64,000 bases of DNA from Andalucia godoyi And28 (Eukaryota; Protista; Jakobida): contig VRVR01000061.1 of assembly GCA_009859145.1 (NCBI GenBank), positions 1-64,000 of the forward strand. The letters run 5' to 3'. Shown piece after piece: positions 20,584 to 31,154 of the stretch (position 1 is its first letter; each line of letters opens with the position of its first letter). The notes beneath the pieces were generated by a model. It was not told the origin of the DNA. It made no database searches and worked only from the letters and a program-made list of their open reading frames with translations. The translations under genes and the position numbers were made by a program.

Positions 20584-22029
20584 ATGGCGAGACGAGTATT
20601 GTCGGGTGTGCTGGTGCTCTTGGTGGCTGCAGTGGTGTGTGGCGTGGTATCTGCAAACAAGGGCGCAACGCAGACGAAGTTTACATCGTGGCTGTCGCAG
20701 CACAAGGTTGCGATTCCGAATGTCAAGTTTGTTGATTTTGTAGAGACCGGGCCTGGGGCGATGGCGAATGCAGACATTGCAGCGGACTCGACGATTGTGC
20801 GGGTTCCAAAGTCGCTGTTCTTGTCGTCGGGGCTTCTGTCCAACAAGACGAATCCAGAACTTGCAGAAGCCGTCGAGTCCATCCGTGGACTGACGCCGCA
20901 GTACAAGCTTGCGCTCATCTTGCTGAACGAGGCTGCAAAGGGCGAAAAGTCGTTTTGGGCACCGTACATTGCGACGTTCCCGGCCGAATACGACACCTCC
21001 ATCTACTTCTCGGAAGAGCAGCTCGAAGAACTCAAGGGTTCCAACTTGCTTCCTCTTACGCTGGCACGAAAGCAACAGCTCCAGCAGAACTACGACGAGG
21101 TGTTCCCGTTTTTGCTCGAGAAGTTTGCAAAGGTCTTTTCGCCAAAGGCGGCATACTCGCTCGAGAAGTTCACGTGGGCAATCTCCACCGTGTGGAAGTA
21201 CTCGTTCTACCTGAAGGACGGCGAGGACACTGTCTCTGTCCTCGTTCCGCTGCTGGATCGATTCAACCACGGATCCGTGGAGACCCAATTCAAGCTTGCA
21301 GGTGGTGATGGCGGGGATGCTGATGCATCGTCGGCGGCCGAAGATGCAGTGCTCGAGGTCTCGACCAAGACTGCGTTCCGAAAGGGTGAACAGGTGTTTG
21401 TTTCTCGTGGACCAAAGTCCAACTTGGAATTGGTCCTTGATTATGGATATGCGCTGGAGAAGAACCCGAACGATAACGTCGCTCTCAACGTTCGCATGAC
21501 TGGAGAGGACAAGCTGTCGAAGATCAAGAGCACCCTTTTGGGAATCGCCGGGCTCGAGGTGAACGCCACGTACCTGTTGTTTGACTCGCTGCTTTCGGAC
21601 GAGCTTCTGAAGGGACTCCGTATTCAGCTGCTTCGCGACAATGAACTTGAAAAGTTTGAGCGCGTCACCTCGGGAAAACCCGTGTCGTTGGCAAACGAAT
21701 TGCGAGTTCACCGGGCAATTCTTGCCGCTTGCAACAATATGCTTAACGGATACAGCGCCTCTCTCGATGACGATGAAACGCTCCTTAAGACGTCTCTGCC
21801 GATCCGTGAGCGATCTGCAATTGTACTGCGCCGCAACGAGAAGAAGGTCATCCAGTCTGTCATGATTGAGGTGTCCAAGCGTTGGAGAGATATTCTCCTC
21901 GACGGCTTCCCGGAGACGGACGACGAGATCAAGGCCGTAGAAGAGGCAAAGCAACAGGAGCAGCTGGAAAAGACTGGCGATCAGCAAAAGCAACAGTCCC
22001 AGACTCGCGAGATTAAGACCGAACTCTAA
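20584..22029 (+). CDS. Rubisco-LSMT-class SET-domain protein with signal peptide and C-terminal KTEL
   Basis: SFWAPYIATFP, LVPLLDRFNH, GEQVFVSRGPKSNLELVLDYGY, LSMT substrate-binding-like C-terminal half, hydrophobic N-terminus, ends EIKTEL. Confidence 0.88.
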   Translation: MARRVLSGVLVLLVAAVVCGVVSANKGATQTKFTSWLSQHKVAIPNVKFVDFVETGPGAMANADIAADSTIVRVPKSLFLSSGLLSNKTNPELAEAVESIRGLTPQYKLALILLNEAAKGEKSFWAPYIATFPAEYDTSIYFSEEQLEELKGSNLLPLTLARKQQLQQNYDEVFPFLLEKFAKVFSPKAAYSLEKFTWAISTVWKYSFYLKDGEDTVSVLVPLLDRFNHGSVETQFKLAGGDGGDADASSAAEDAVLEVSTKTAFRKGEQVFVSRGPKSNLELVLDYGYALEKNPNDNVALNVRMTGEDKLSKIKSTLLGIAGLEVNATYLLFDSLLSDELLKGLRIQLLRDNELEKFERVTSGKPVSLANELRVHRAILAACNNMLNGYSASLDDDETLLKTSLPIRERSAIVLRRNEKKVIQSVMIEVSKRWRDILLDGFPETDDEIKAVEEAKQQEQLEKTGDQQKQQSQTREIKTEL

Positions 22030-22268
22030 AGTACTATATTCTAGTTTTGTAAAAAGGATGATTCAGTTCTTAATAAAAAAGAAGAAGAGGAAAAAACAAG
22101 TCAATGTATAGGACTAAATAGTACGTTGTGCATATCATCACAGAACAGCATTTTGCATTGTTTTTGCACATAGCATGTTATTCTTTTGTGGATTCTTTTT
22201 TTTTCCCCCTGAAAGCGCAAGGATCTGTACAAAAATGGGGAGAAACGCTGCAGGGATGGGATTCCCGC

Positions 22269-24367
22269 TCATTTTGGATGGCCGTTGTGGATTCCAGCAG
22301 GGAGCGTGAGTCCTACAGGCGTGTGCGACCACTGCTGCTGCACGACAACGATCGAGCTCGGCGAAGCGCGGCGGCTGCGAGCGGATCCTGCCCGGCTGCC
22401 ATCTCCGGACGAGGTGGAGCGGTTCGCAGGCCCCTCTCCAAACCCCGACCCTCCGGAAAGCCCGTTGCGGTGGTCGAGGCGAGGTGACTGCAGAGCTTGC
22501 AAATTGATCGGTCGATCGTGAACAGCTCGTTCCTCCGGTGCGTGAACGCATGGACGATAGCGAATTCGGCCTGCCATTTCTCGGTCACGCATGGCATCCT
22601 CGAACGCTTCGCAAGAGTCAAACAAATTCGCCCGAAGCATCAGCAAGTTCCGCAGCGGATCGTCATTCTCCCCCGAGTCCGAAACACGGAAGCACAGCAG
22701 CTCGATCGCTTTGGTGCAATCCCAAATCGCCCGTGAGATCTTTGCTTCCCGAGCCATTGCGGCCCACGAAGGAGGCTGAGCATGGACGGACGGCAGGAGG
22801 TGAGGATGTGGGGGTTGGGCAACAAATGGTGCGGATGAAACGGACGATGTCGTGGACAGCGGGGGAGCAACAAGATGCCCCGTTAGTGCCTCCGTCTCTG
22901 CATCATCTCCCCCAAATGTCCGTGTGGCAGTTGCTGCTCCCTCTCCATCTCCTACTCCCACTCCCATTCCCATTCCTTCCCTTTCCCCTGCTCCTGCTCT
23001 TGCTCTTCCTGTTTCTTCCCGCGCCTCTGCAGCGGCGGCCCTCGTAGCTTGCGCTGCTGCATCCGCATCCAGCGTCTGGACCCATTCAATGATGATCAAT
23101 GCACGATGGTACCACCAGTCCCAGACGAACGGCTCGAGATCCTGAGCCGTGGAAATATCCACCAAGGCTTCTTCAAAATACCCAATCATGGCAAGAAGCA
23201 CTGCTCGGTTTGACCACGCAACTGCAAAGGACGGATCCGATGCAACCGCGTGGTTGTATGCATTGCACGCCTTATCAGTGATTCCGGCGGCCTTGTATTG
23301 GTGACCGAGGAAATTCCACGCCTCAGCCCAGGATGGATCCAGGTCGCACGCCCTCTCAAGATCGTCAATGGCCTCCAGATGGCATCGCAGTCTTCCATGG
23401 ACGCGCGCTCTGCGATAGTACATAAATTTTGAGTTTGGAGCGAGCGCAATCGCTCGAGTCGCATCTTCCAGCGCTGCGGCAAATTCGCCGTTGTGCTCAT
23501 AGATCATGCTTCGGTGGTAGTAAATCATTCCGCCACCAAGCTTGGACGTCGGATCGCGAAGAGCGTGCTCCAAGTCTCTAAACGCGTTCTTCCAGTCGTG
23601 CAAGTCCAAGTACACGGATGCTCGATTGTTGAACAGAAACGAGAGGACACAGTCGTAGCGATGTACATAGGCGTGAATTGCGCCGTTCAGAAACAACAGT
23701 GCATGATGTGGATTGCCAAGCGCCTTGAACGAAATTCCAGCAAGGTTCCAAACCAGCAACGCCGACACATTTTCCAGCACGTCGTCTGCAGCCACGCTAC
23801 CTGCATCTCCAAGACGCGCACGATCGTTTTCAAAGGGACCACCAAGAATAGATCGTACTTCGTCCGACTCGGCCGACAATGGAGAGGCGACTGCGGCAGT
23901 CAGCGGCGATTGCGAGCTTGGAAGGTGGTGCACTTCTTCAGGAGAGAACGTGCCACCACAAGCACACTGGCTGTGGTCGTACGAGGCAAGCCAGTGTCGG
24001 ATATGAAACACTGTGTCGAGAGTCTCAATGGCTTCGTCGAACCGACTGAGCAAAGCAAGCGCATGCGCTCGAATAAACGTCACAAATCGCAATTCCATCG
24101 TGACTGGCTCTGGTTCTGGCCCTCTGTCCACACGCGTCGATGCGATCGCTGCCAGCCGTTCCAAACATGCTTCGTCCAATGGAAGCCCTCGAGTACTCAG
24201 AATGTTGGCTTCGAGGACCAGCGACAGGTCGTCTTCCGCAGCGTACGTACGAGCCCTCTCGAGCAACACAGATTCGTCTTCCAAGTTCCTCAGAAATCGC
24301 ACATAGTTCTGAATCGACTCTGTCCGTCGACTATTCGCGCTCTGAAAACCAGGACTGCCGCCGCCGC

Positions 24368-24407
<40 letters not shown>

Positions 24408-24476
24408 AGAACTCAAAATCGGTGCAAAATCGAGAGACAGAAACGCTGACTCTAATCCAGATGCCATCATCGACAT
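22269..24476 (-). CDS. TPR-repeat protein
   Basis: Multiple TPR-like units (FNNRASVYLDL, YYHRSMIYEH, AWNFLGHQY, AWSNRAVLL). Start placed at ATG 24476. Confidence 0.85.
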
Positions 24477-25522
24477 CCCAGTATAAAGCACAGAAATGCA
24501 ATAGCCAAGTCGAATAATTAAATTTCCTTTCAAATTAATAAATTGTATAATGATAAAATAAAACAAGATCAAAGACCAGCATGGGAAAAGCCAGCCCCAG
24601 ACAAAGAGCCAAACCAAGGATTAGGTTGGTGATAAAATAAAAAGCTAAAAATACAAAACGGGGGCGGTTGACGGGTGTGCGGGGGACTTGAATTGCCATT
24701 TTCGGCAAAAATGGAAATTATCTCCGACGCGCACAATGATGAAACCTTCCCGTACTACAGTAAGCAAAGGCTGGCGACCGCCCGTTACACCTTTTTTTTT
24801 TTTGATTCTCTTTTCCGTGTGACGGGCTCGTGATTTCACGAGAGATCCCCGGCTGCGGGACCGGACCGAGCGGGAAACTGCGAAGGACCCGTAGCCCAAG
24901 AGAGGACAGCAAAGGCAGCAGGGAGAAAGGACTGGACCCAAATAAGGGAGGGGAAAGACGTGGTGGTTGATTGGTCGAAGCACAACCGCATGTTTTGCTG
25001 GATTTGCAGTTCGAGTGCGAGCGGTGCATTCAAGTTCCTGTATAAGGACGGGCGGTGCACGAAATGAAGAACCGAGGGGTGCGAATTTCCACAGGGAGAC
25101 TTCGACTGCTGCTTCCAATGCCTTCATTACTTCCAAATTAAGAAGGCGACCCGAGTTGGAAAAAATGATACAACATTCAGCCCAACAACTTGTCGGAAAA
25201 CAAACAGTCACCACGGGGACGCCACATCCGGACTTCCGAAACCTCCCTTGCGACGATGACGATGCAGTGCAGAGTCTCCAAAAGCCCTGCGGTCTTGCAC
25301 AACTTCCTTTTCCACCCGTCCACCCCCGTCCACCCCGTGCTTCTGATTAACATCGCTCGTTCGCGCGCGCGTGAGACTGTGTAAGAGTTTTTTTTTGTCC
25401 CAGCGATCCATGATCTGTAACCTGGACTCGGACCGCTTTTTGATTTCATTTACACTATTCGAATTACACGAAACATCGCAAGCTGTGTCGTGCACTGAAC
25501 ACAGATAAAGAAGAAGACGACC

Positions 25523-25559
<37 letters not shown>

Positions 25560-25585
25560 AAGAGACATCCAGAGCGCTCTGAGAA

Positions 25586-28408
25586 ATGGCCTATCCGTCA
25601 CGTGAGTTCAGGATTGCGTGCAATGAAGCCGGAGCGATTCTCGAACGTGACCAGGCTGTGCCGAAAACCCTCTTGAAAATACAGAATATGTGCAGATCCG
25701 CAGCATCCGTCTTGGATTTTTGCTGCGATCCGGAAGACAAGCAACGGCTAAGGACATTTCTTCGCGGACTCATGCGTCGCGGAAGTCAGCGGCTTTACGA
25801 AAGAAGCGACAGTCCCGACTCTCCCATTCTCGTGCGCTGTGGGAACTCGTGCTACGTCCAGATCTTCGCCATGCTGTCCACAGAGGAGGAGGAGGCGGTG
25901 CAGGGGGACAGCGCCGCCACCAGGCTTCACATCGTTGTGCGAGCTGCAGATGGATATGATGAGCAGACGTGGTGCGCAATGTCGGATCGACCGTTTTCCG
26001 TCCGACGAAGTTGGAATCCGCTGACCGGAGCCATGGTGTGGTCGGAGAACGTATCCTTCTTGCTGGGCTATGACACAGAAGAGATCAAAGACACATTCGA
26101 CTGGTGGAGCTCCATTCTTTACAGCTCGGATCGCGAGCGAGTGATCTCCGGGCTGAATGCTTGCTTGACAGACAGCCACACACGGTTTTGGACGGAGAAG
26201 TATCGGATGAGAAGGGCGGATGGATCCTGGGCGAACGTCATCGAGCAATCGATCTTCATTCGATCTCCTCCGCCGCTGTCGCAAGTCCATCACGTCGAGT
26301 TTTCGCTCACCGACATTGTGCAGCAAAAGCTCGTTGATGATGTCATGAAATGCTCACATCGCGATCTCATACAGCAAGTCAGAAGCATGGATTCGTATCC
26401 CGGCCCCCAAGAAGACGAGTTGGAATATCAAATAGGGTTGATTCGCACGATTACCGATAACACGGCCTCCGCGCTGTTCATGATGGACGTGGATGGTCAC
26501 CCAACATTTATGAATGCCGCCGCGGAGAAGGTCACTGGCTACAAATTGAAAGAAATTGAGAATCAGCCGCTCCACTGTTCGATTCACCACAAACGGCCCG
26601 ATGGATCGCCGTGCTCGATTGAAAATTGTCCTTTGAACCGTCGCGGCGCGATGCTCACTGCTCGTCGAAACGTACGGGATGTATTCGTGGACAAATCCGG
26701 GCGACTGTTTCCAGTGATCTGGTCCGTGTCTCCGCTCGAAAGAGACGGGACTGCCATCGGAGCTGTCATCGAATTTCGAGATGTGTCAGACGACGAAATC
26801 CTGGAGAAGGAACGGCTTGATGCGCTTCTGCAAAAGGAGCAAGAAGAAGCAAGAAGAAGAGAGGCCGAGGCGCGGAAGGAGTACCTCTCATGGTATGCAT
26901 ACAAACTGTCCCACGAAATGAGAAATCCGCTGCATGGCATCTCTGCCAACTTGACGTTTGTCTGCGAGACGCTGGCACAAATGCGCGATATGGTTGTGTC
27001 TCCGCAGGATGCTCTTCCCGGAAGAGCACGATGCAGCAGCAGACTGCGGACTGCACTCTGCGAGAAGTTTGAGGAGTTGGAAGGATACCTTTCTGACATG
27101 GAGTCGTGCGCAGATCATCAGCATGTTGTCGCCAACAGTGTATTGGAGCTTGCGCGGCTCGACAGTCAGCACGCGCCCGTGGACTGTGTTCCGGTTAGTC
27201 TCTCGGCACTGGTGAAATCTGCGGCAGGCATCATGAGAGCCAAAGCACATGAGAAGAGAATTTCGCTGAAGCTGTCTCTTCCGAATTCCGAAAACTCCTC
27301 GGATTGGGTCATGACAGATCCCACGAAAGTCAAGCAAATCATCGTCAACTTCTTGTCAAACTCGATCAAGTACACTCCGGACGGAGGGAACATCTGCATT
27401 GAACTCGCAACGAATGACGCTGTAGTCGACAGCAACGTTGCCACCGTGAAACGCGATACGGCCGACTCCCACTCCCCGATTCAGACCCAAGGCACGCTGG
27501 CTGTGTTTGTCGTGAAAGACTCGGGAGTTGGGTTGTCCGATGATGAACAGAAGAACCTGTTTCAGAGATTCTACCAGGCAGACCCGGCTGTCAGCAGGCA
27601 GTATGGTGGCTCGGGCCTTGGTCTTGTGATCAGTCTTGAACTTGCGCACTTGCTCGGCGGCACGATCTTGGTGAAGAGCCAACGCGGTCTTGGAAGCGAG
27701 TTCTCTCTGTTGCTGCCCGTTGTCCGATCTCAGGCTTGCGAGAAAATGAAGGAGTTCATCGCATCGTCTGCTGCACAGGATGAGCTGTGCTGCGACGGCA
27801 AGCTTGACGCGGCAATCGATCGAGACACAGACAGGCGCAGACAGAGATATGGACGCACAGCCACAGCCACAGGCACAAAGACAGACAGAGACAGAGATGG
27901 GTGCAGTGATGGGTGCAGTGATGGGTACAGAGACGGGTACAGAGACGGGTACAGAGACGGAGATGGACACACAGATAGAGATGATGATGCTGATTTTGAT
28001 GAAATGCACCTGTTTAGAATCCTGGTGGTCGAGGATAATATAATCAACCAAAAGCTGGTTTCAAAGTTTCTTTCCAAGCTTGGCTACGTCTTTGAGATTG
28101 TGGAGAATGGCAGAAGGGCGGTTGAAAAGCGTTTTTCGACGGACCGGACCTTTGATCTCATTCTGATGGACATTGAGATGCCTGTGCTGAACGGAATCGA
28201 TGCGACGAAAGAGATTCGCAGGATCGAAAAGGAAGATCTCGCGGCGTACGGACGAATAACCATTGTAGGACTCTCTGGAAACGCTTCCAAGGACTCCGTG
28301 GACCGGGCCCTCGCAGCAGGTATGGACGACTACTTGATCAAGCCGTGCAAGATCGCCGAAATCCAGTCGTGCATCGTCAAATGGGAGCAGCAGTTCACGT
28401 CGAAATAG
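25586..28408 (+). CDS. Hybrid sensor histidine kinase (PAS-PAS-HisKA-HATPase-REC)
   Basis: H-box LSHEMRNPLHGI, N-box QIIVNFLSNSIKYT, DSGVG, GGSGLGL, receiver LMDIEMP...KP, two PAS/PAC-like segments. Confidence 0.95.
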   Translation: MAYPSREFRIACNEAGAILERDQAVPKTLLKIQNMCRSAASVLDFCCDPEDKQRLRTFLRGLMRRGSQRLYERSDSPDSPILVRCGNSCYVQIFAMLSTEEEEAVQGDSAATRLHIVVRAADGYDEQTWCAMSDRPFSVRRSWNPLTGAMVWSENVSFLLGYDTEEIKDTFDWWSSILYSSDRERVISGLNACLTDSHTRFWTEKYRMRRADGSWANVIEQSIFIRSPPPLSQVHHVEFSLTDIVQQKLVDDVMKCSHRDLIQQVRSMDSYPGPQEDELEYQIGLIRTITDNTASALFMMDVDGHPTFMNAAAEKVTGYKLKEIENQPLHCSIHHKRPDGSPCSIENCPLNRRGAMLTARRNVRDVFVDKSGRLFPVIWSVSPLERDGTAIGAVIEFRDVSDDEILEKERLDALLQKEQEEARRREAEARKEYLSWYAYKLSHEMRNPLHGISANLTFVCETLAQMRDMVVSPQDALPGRARCSSRLRTALCEKFEELEGYLSDMESCADHQHVVANSVLELARLDSQHAPVDCVPVSLSALVKSAAGIMRAKAHEKRISLKLSLPNSENSSDWVMTDPTKVKQIIVNFLSNSIKYTPDGGNICIELATNDAVVDSNVATVKRDTADSHSPIQTQGTLAVFVVKDSGVGLSDDEQKNLFQRFYQADPAVSRQYGGSGLGLVISLELAHLLGGTILVKSQRGLGSEFSLLLPVVRSQACEKMKEFIASSAAQDELCCDGKLDAAIDRDTDRRRQRYGRTATATGTKTDRDRDGCSDGCSDGYRDGYRDGYRDGDGHTDRDDDADFDEMHLFRILVVEDNIINQKLVSKFLSKLGYVFEIVENGRRAVEKRFSTDRTFDLILMDIEMPVLNGIDATKEIRRIEKEDLAAYGRITIVGLSGNASKDSVDRALAAGMDDYLIKPCKIAEIQSCIVKWEQQFTSK

Positions 28409-28661
28409 TGCTCAAACCCGACTGCTGCCTGCTGTTTCCTGTCGTAAAAAAACAACGGCAATTCTTTTCACCGCTTTTTTTCTCTTTTCGGCTATTCTCC
28501 CGACAAATGAAACGTCCGAATCGTCCGAAAACTCCTCCAAATTCCCCGATTTCCCGACACACATTCAAAGCTTCACAAAGCGTTTCGTTTACGGTTTTCC
28601 ATTGTCTGGTGGAACCAGTATGTCTGAGTGTATCGTGCTGCATGCATGCTAGTGAAGAGGA

Positions 28662-30389
28662 ATGACGGACTGCAAAGAATTCGGTGGATTCAAGTCGATG
28701 GTCGATGAGCTTCATGAAGAGGCGGAGATCCCGTATGTGATGGCCGCTGATCCGAAGCGCAGCTTGAAGCTGTACGTCGGGTCGTCAAAGGCAATGTGGT
28801 CGCAGATCGTCCTTGCTGAGAAGGACGTGTCCTTGCTGGCCGAGTGCGTGGCTGAAAAGCAGCCTCTCAGAAACAGAACGGCTGCAAAGTCTGATCCACT
28901 TTTGGAAGAACGCAGATTCAGTCTGTTCCAAGAAAAGCTAAAGTACATGTATATTCTGTTGTTTCGATATGCGCTGTTCTATGTGAATGTTATATCGAAG
29001 CATCCCATGCGGAAAGATGCGGAGTGGAAATCCATTGTGGCGGAAATAAGAACAAATTGCGATGCAGCGCTCGAGAAGCTGGAGGAACTGCGTAGGCAAC
29101 CGGATGGCTTGCTGTATAGGACCTATGTCAAGATCGCCAATGATCGGAACCAGCGGCTGGTCGCAGTCGCAGTCGCAGTCGCAGCTGCCAATGCGCAACC
29201 ACAAGTCACCACTCGGGGTTCAGAAGAAGAGGACTGCTCAGTGAACCAGAATGCAAGCTCGGCAGCGCCAGCAGCTGGGTCCGCAACCCTCGCCGCTGTT
29301 GCCTTCTCCAGTAGCACCAGCAGTAGTAGTGGCGGAGGCGGAGCCGGTGGTGGTGGTGCGTTGGAGAATGTAGATTCGAATGCGGTGCAAATGCCGTCCC
29401 TTGCGCTGGCGTATCTCACTCCAGCTGCACAAAAGTCCAGCGATGCAGCACCACGATCGGCGGTGCCTTCTGTTCAGAGGCCGGCGTCGTCAAACTCTGC
29501 AAATGCCGGTCTGTACCCAACTCCGTTGACGTTCTTGGCAACTTCCCCGGTTCCTCGAAATCCCATTGCTCCTGCCTATGTCACGACCCCCACCACGCGT
29601 GCTCTCCCTTCCCAGGCACAACCTTTGGCTTCCGCTCCTCCATCCGTGAACGACACGTCTTTACAACACAGATTTCAACCTCGCCACCTGCAACAACAAC
29701 AGCCACAGCAAGAACTGCAGCAGCAACTCCAGCCAGCATCGGAACAGTATTTTTCGTACAATGCAACACTGGCGTCTCCTCCAGCGGTTCCGCACCACGC
29801 TGCTGTCCATCCCGACAGTTCTCCAGCGGGTCTGCAAATGCTGCGGCGTGTACTCATTGAGGTGTTCTTGCTGGACTGCTTTCTGAAGCTTGCGGACGGT
29901 CACACGCGAAGCGACATTGAATTCTGCGGCGTGCTTGGGGGTGTTCTTGATTCAAATCGGAATTGCTACGTCGTGACACATCTCTTGATTCCAGAGCAAC
30001 AGGGCGCTGCAGACACCTGTGCAACGCTGAATGAAGACGTGTTGTTCGAGTATCAGTCGTCGCACGACTTGCTTCCTCTGGGATGGATCCATACCCATCC
30101 GGCCGTCAACATGGGCGCGTTTCTATCGTCTGTCGACCAGCATTGCCAATTCGGATACCAAATCATGTTGCCTGAAGCCGTCGCAATCGTCATGGCGCCG
30201 AAGAGCAATCCAGATCGCGGAGTATTCCGGCTCTCCACCCCATCTGGAATGGACACCATCCAAAAATGTCCAAAAAGCGGGTTTCACGAACACGTCAAGA
30301 AGACATTTGAACTCGCTACCCACATCGATATGGTCCACGGGACGACTTCAACTGTCGTCGACCTGCGCAATGAACAGCAACGACGATAA
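28662..30389 (+). CDS. STAMBP: AMSH/STAMBP-like JAMM deubiquitinase
   Basis: EFCGVLGG, LGWIHTHP...FLSSVD, QIMLPEAVAIV; N-terminal USP8-dimer/MIT-like helical region. Confidence 0.9.
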   Translation: MTDCKEFGGFKSMVDELHEEAEIPYVMAADPKRSLKLYVGSSKAMWSQIVLAEKDVSLLAECVAEKQPLRNRTAAKSDPLLEERRFSLFQEKLKYMYILLFRYALFYVNVISKHPMRKDAEWKSIVAEIRTNCDAALEKLEELRRQPDGLLYRTYVKIANDRNQRLVAVAVAVAAANAQPQVTTRGSEEEDCSVNQNASSAAPAAGSATLAAVAFSSSTSSSSGGGGAGGGGALENVDSNAVQMPSLALAYLTPAAQKSSDAAPRSAVPSVQRPASSNSANAGLYPTPLTFLATSPVPRNPIAPAYVTTPTTRALPSQAQPLASAPPSVNDTSLQHRFQPRHLQQQQPQQELQQQLQPASEQYFSYNATLASPPAVPHHAAVHPDSSPAGLQMLRRVLIEVFLLDCFLKLADGHTRSDIEFCGVLGGVLDSNRNCYVVTHLLIPEQQGAADTCATLNEDVLFEYQSSHDLLPLGWIHTHPAVNMGAFLSSVDQHCQFGYQIMLPEAVAIVMAPKSNPDRGVFRLSTPSGMDTIQKCPKSGFHEHVKKTFELATHIDMVHGTTSTVVDLRNEQQRR

Positions 30390-31154
30390 TTTTGCTGTTT
30401 GTGCATGAACCTGCTGATCTCTATCTCTCTATCTCTTTTCTTACCTTTTTTTTTAAATTTATTCTGAAGGCTCGGTACTGCGTACCGGGGGCTTGTTGCT
30501 GCTGCCCGTCCACCATCCGGCTTGGCCGCTTCTTCGTGCAGCACGCATAAGCAAATCATAACCGACTCTTTACCCTACTTTACCCGAACTCACCCGGAAA
30601 TTTCAGGCAATGCTATTATTCCGATCGCCTTTTTCCCCCCATTCTCGCCTGTCCACATCGTCATTCCGGCTCGAGATCGGAATGGCGACCGCAAGAATGC
30701 TTCGGTGAACTGTAGCTTACCCCGACTTCTGAATTGAATGGAATTCGCATTCGGCTCCGATGCAGGACTGCATATGGATGGTCAGCAATGATTTGCCATG
30801 CTTCGTGTACAATGAAGGCATCGCATGTGCTCCCCCTGACAGTCCAAAACAAAACAACAAAAAGAAAAGAAACAGCGCGAGACTGAAAATTGCCGGCTGT
30901 AAAAACAACCAACACTCAAAAAAATAAATGAAACGTCCACCAAAACAAAACATGGCTTCAAGTTGAGGCTTGTGTAGGGACAGAATCATGTCTGGGGCTC
31001 GGGCTCATCAAAAAGAAAAGCCAGGCCATTGTTAGACTAACAACCGCAGACTGACCTCTCCAACCCTACACGTCCCTGACTCGAGGCTGTTTATTTTCGA
31101 TCGCTCGTCGGCCTTTTTTTTTCCTCCTCAAGTCTCTCGCGAGCGCATGGTTGT

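Noticed and set aside
20524-21993. Long opposite-strand ORFs (also 10604..11374, 19185..20306, 23493..24449, 36381..37511, 41716..42834, 46178..47116)
   Set aside because: Antisense shadows of recognisable genes with no domain features.
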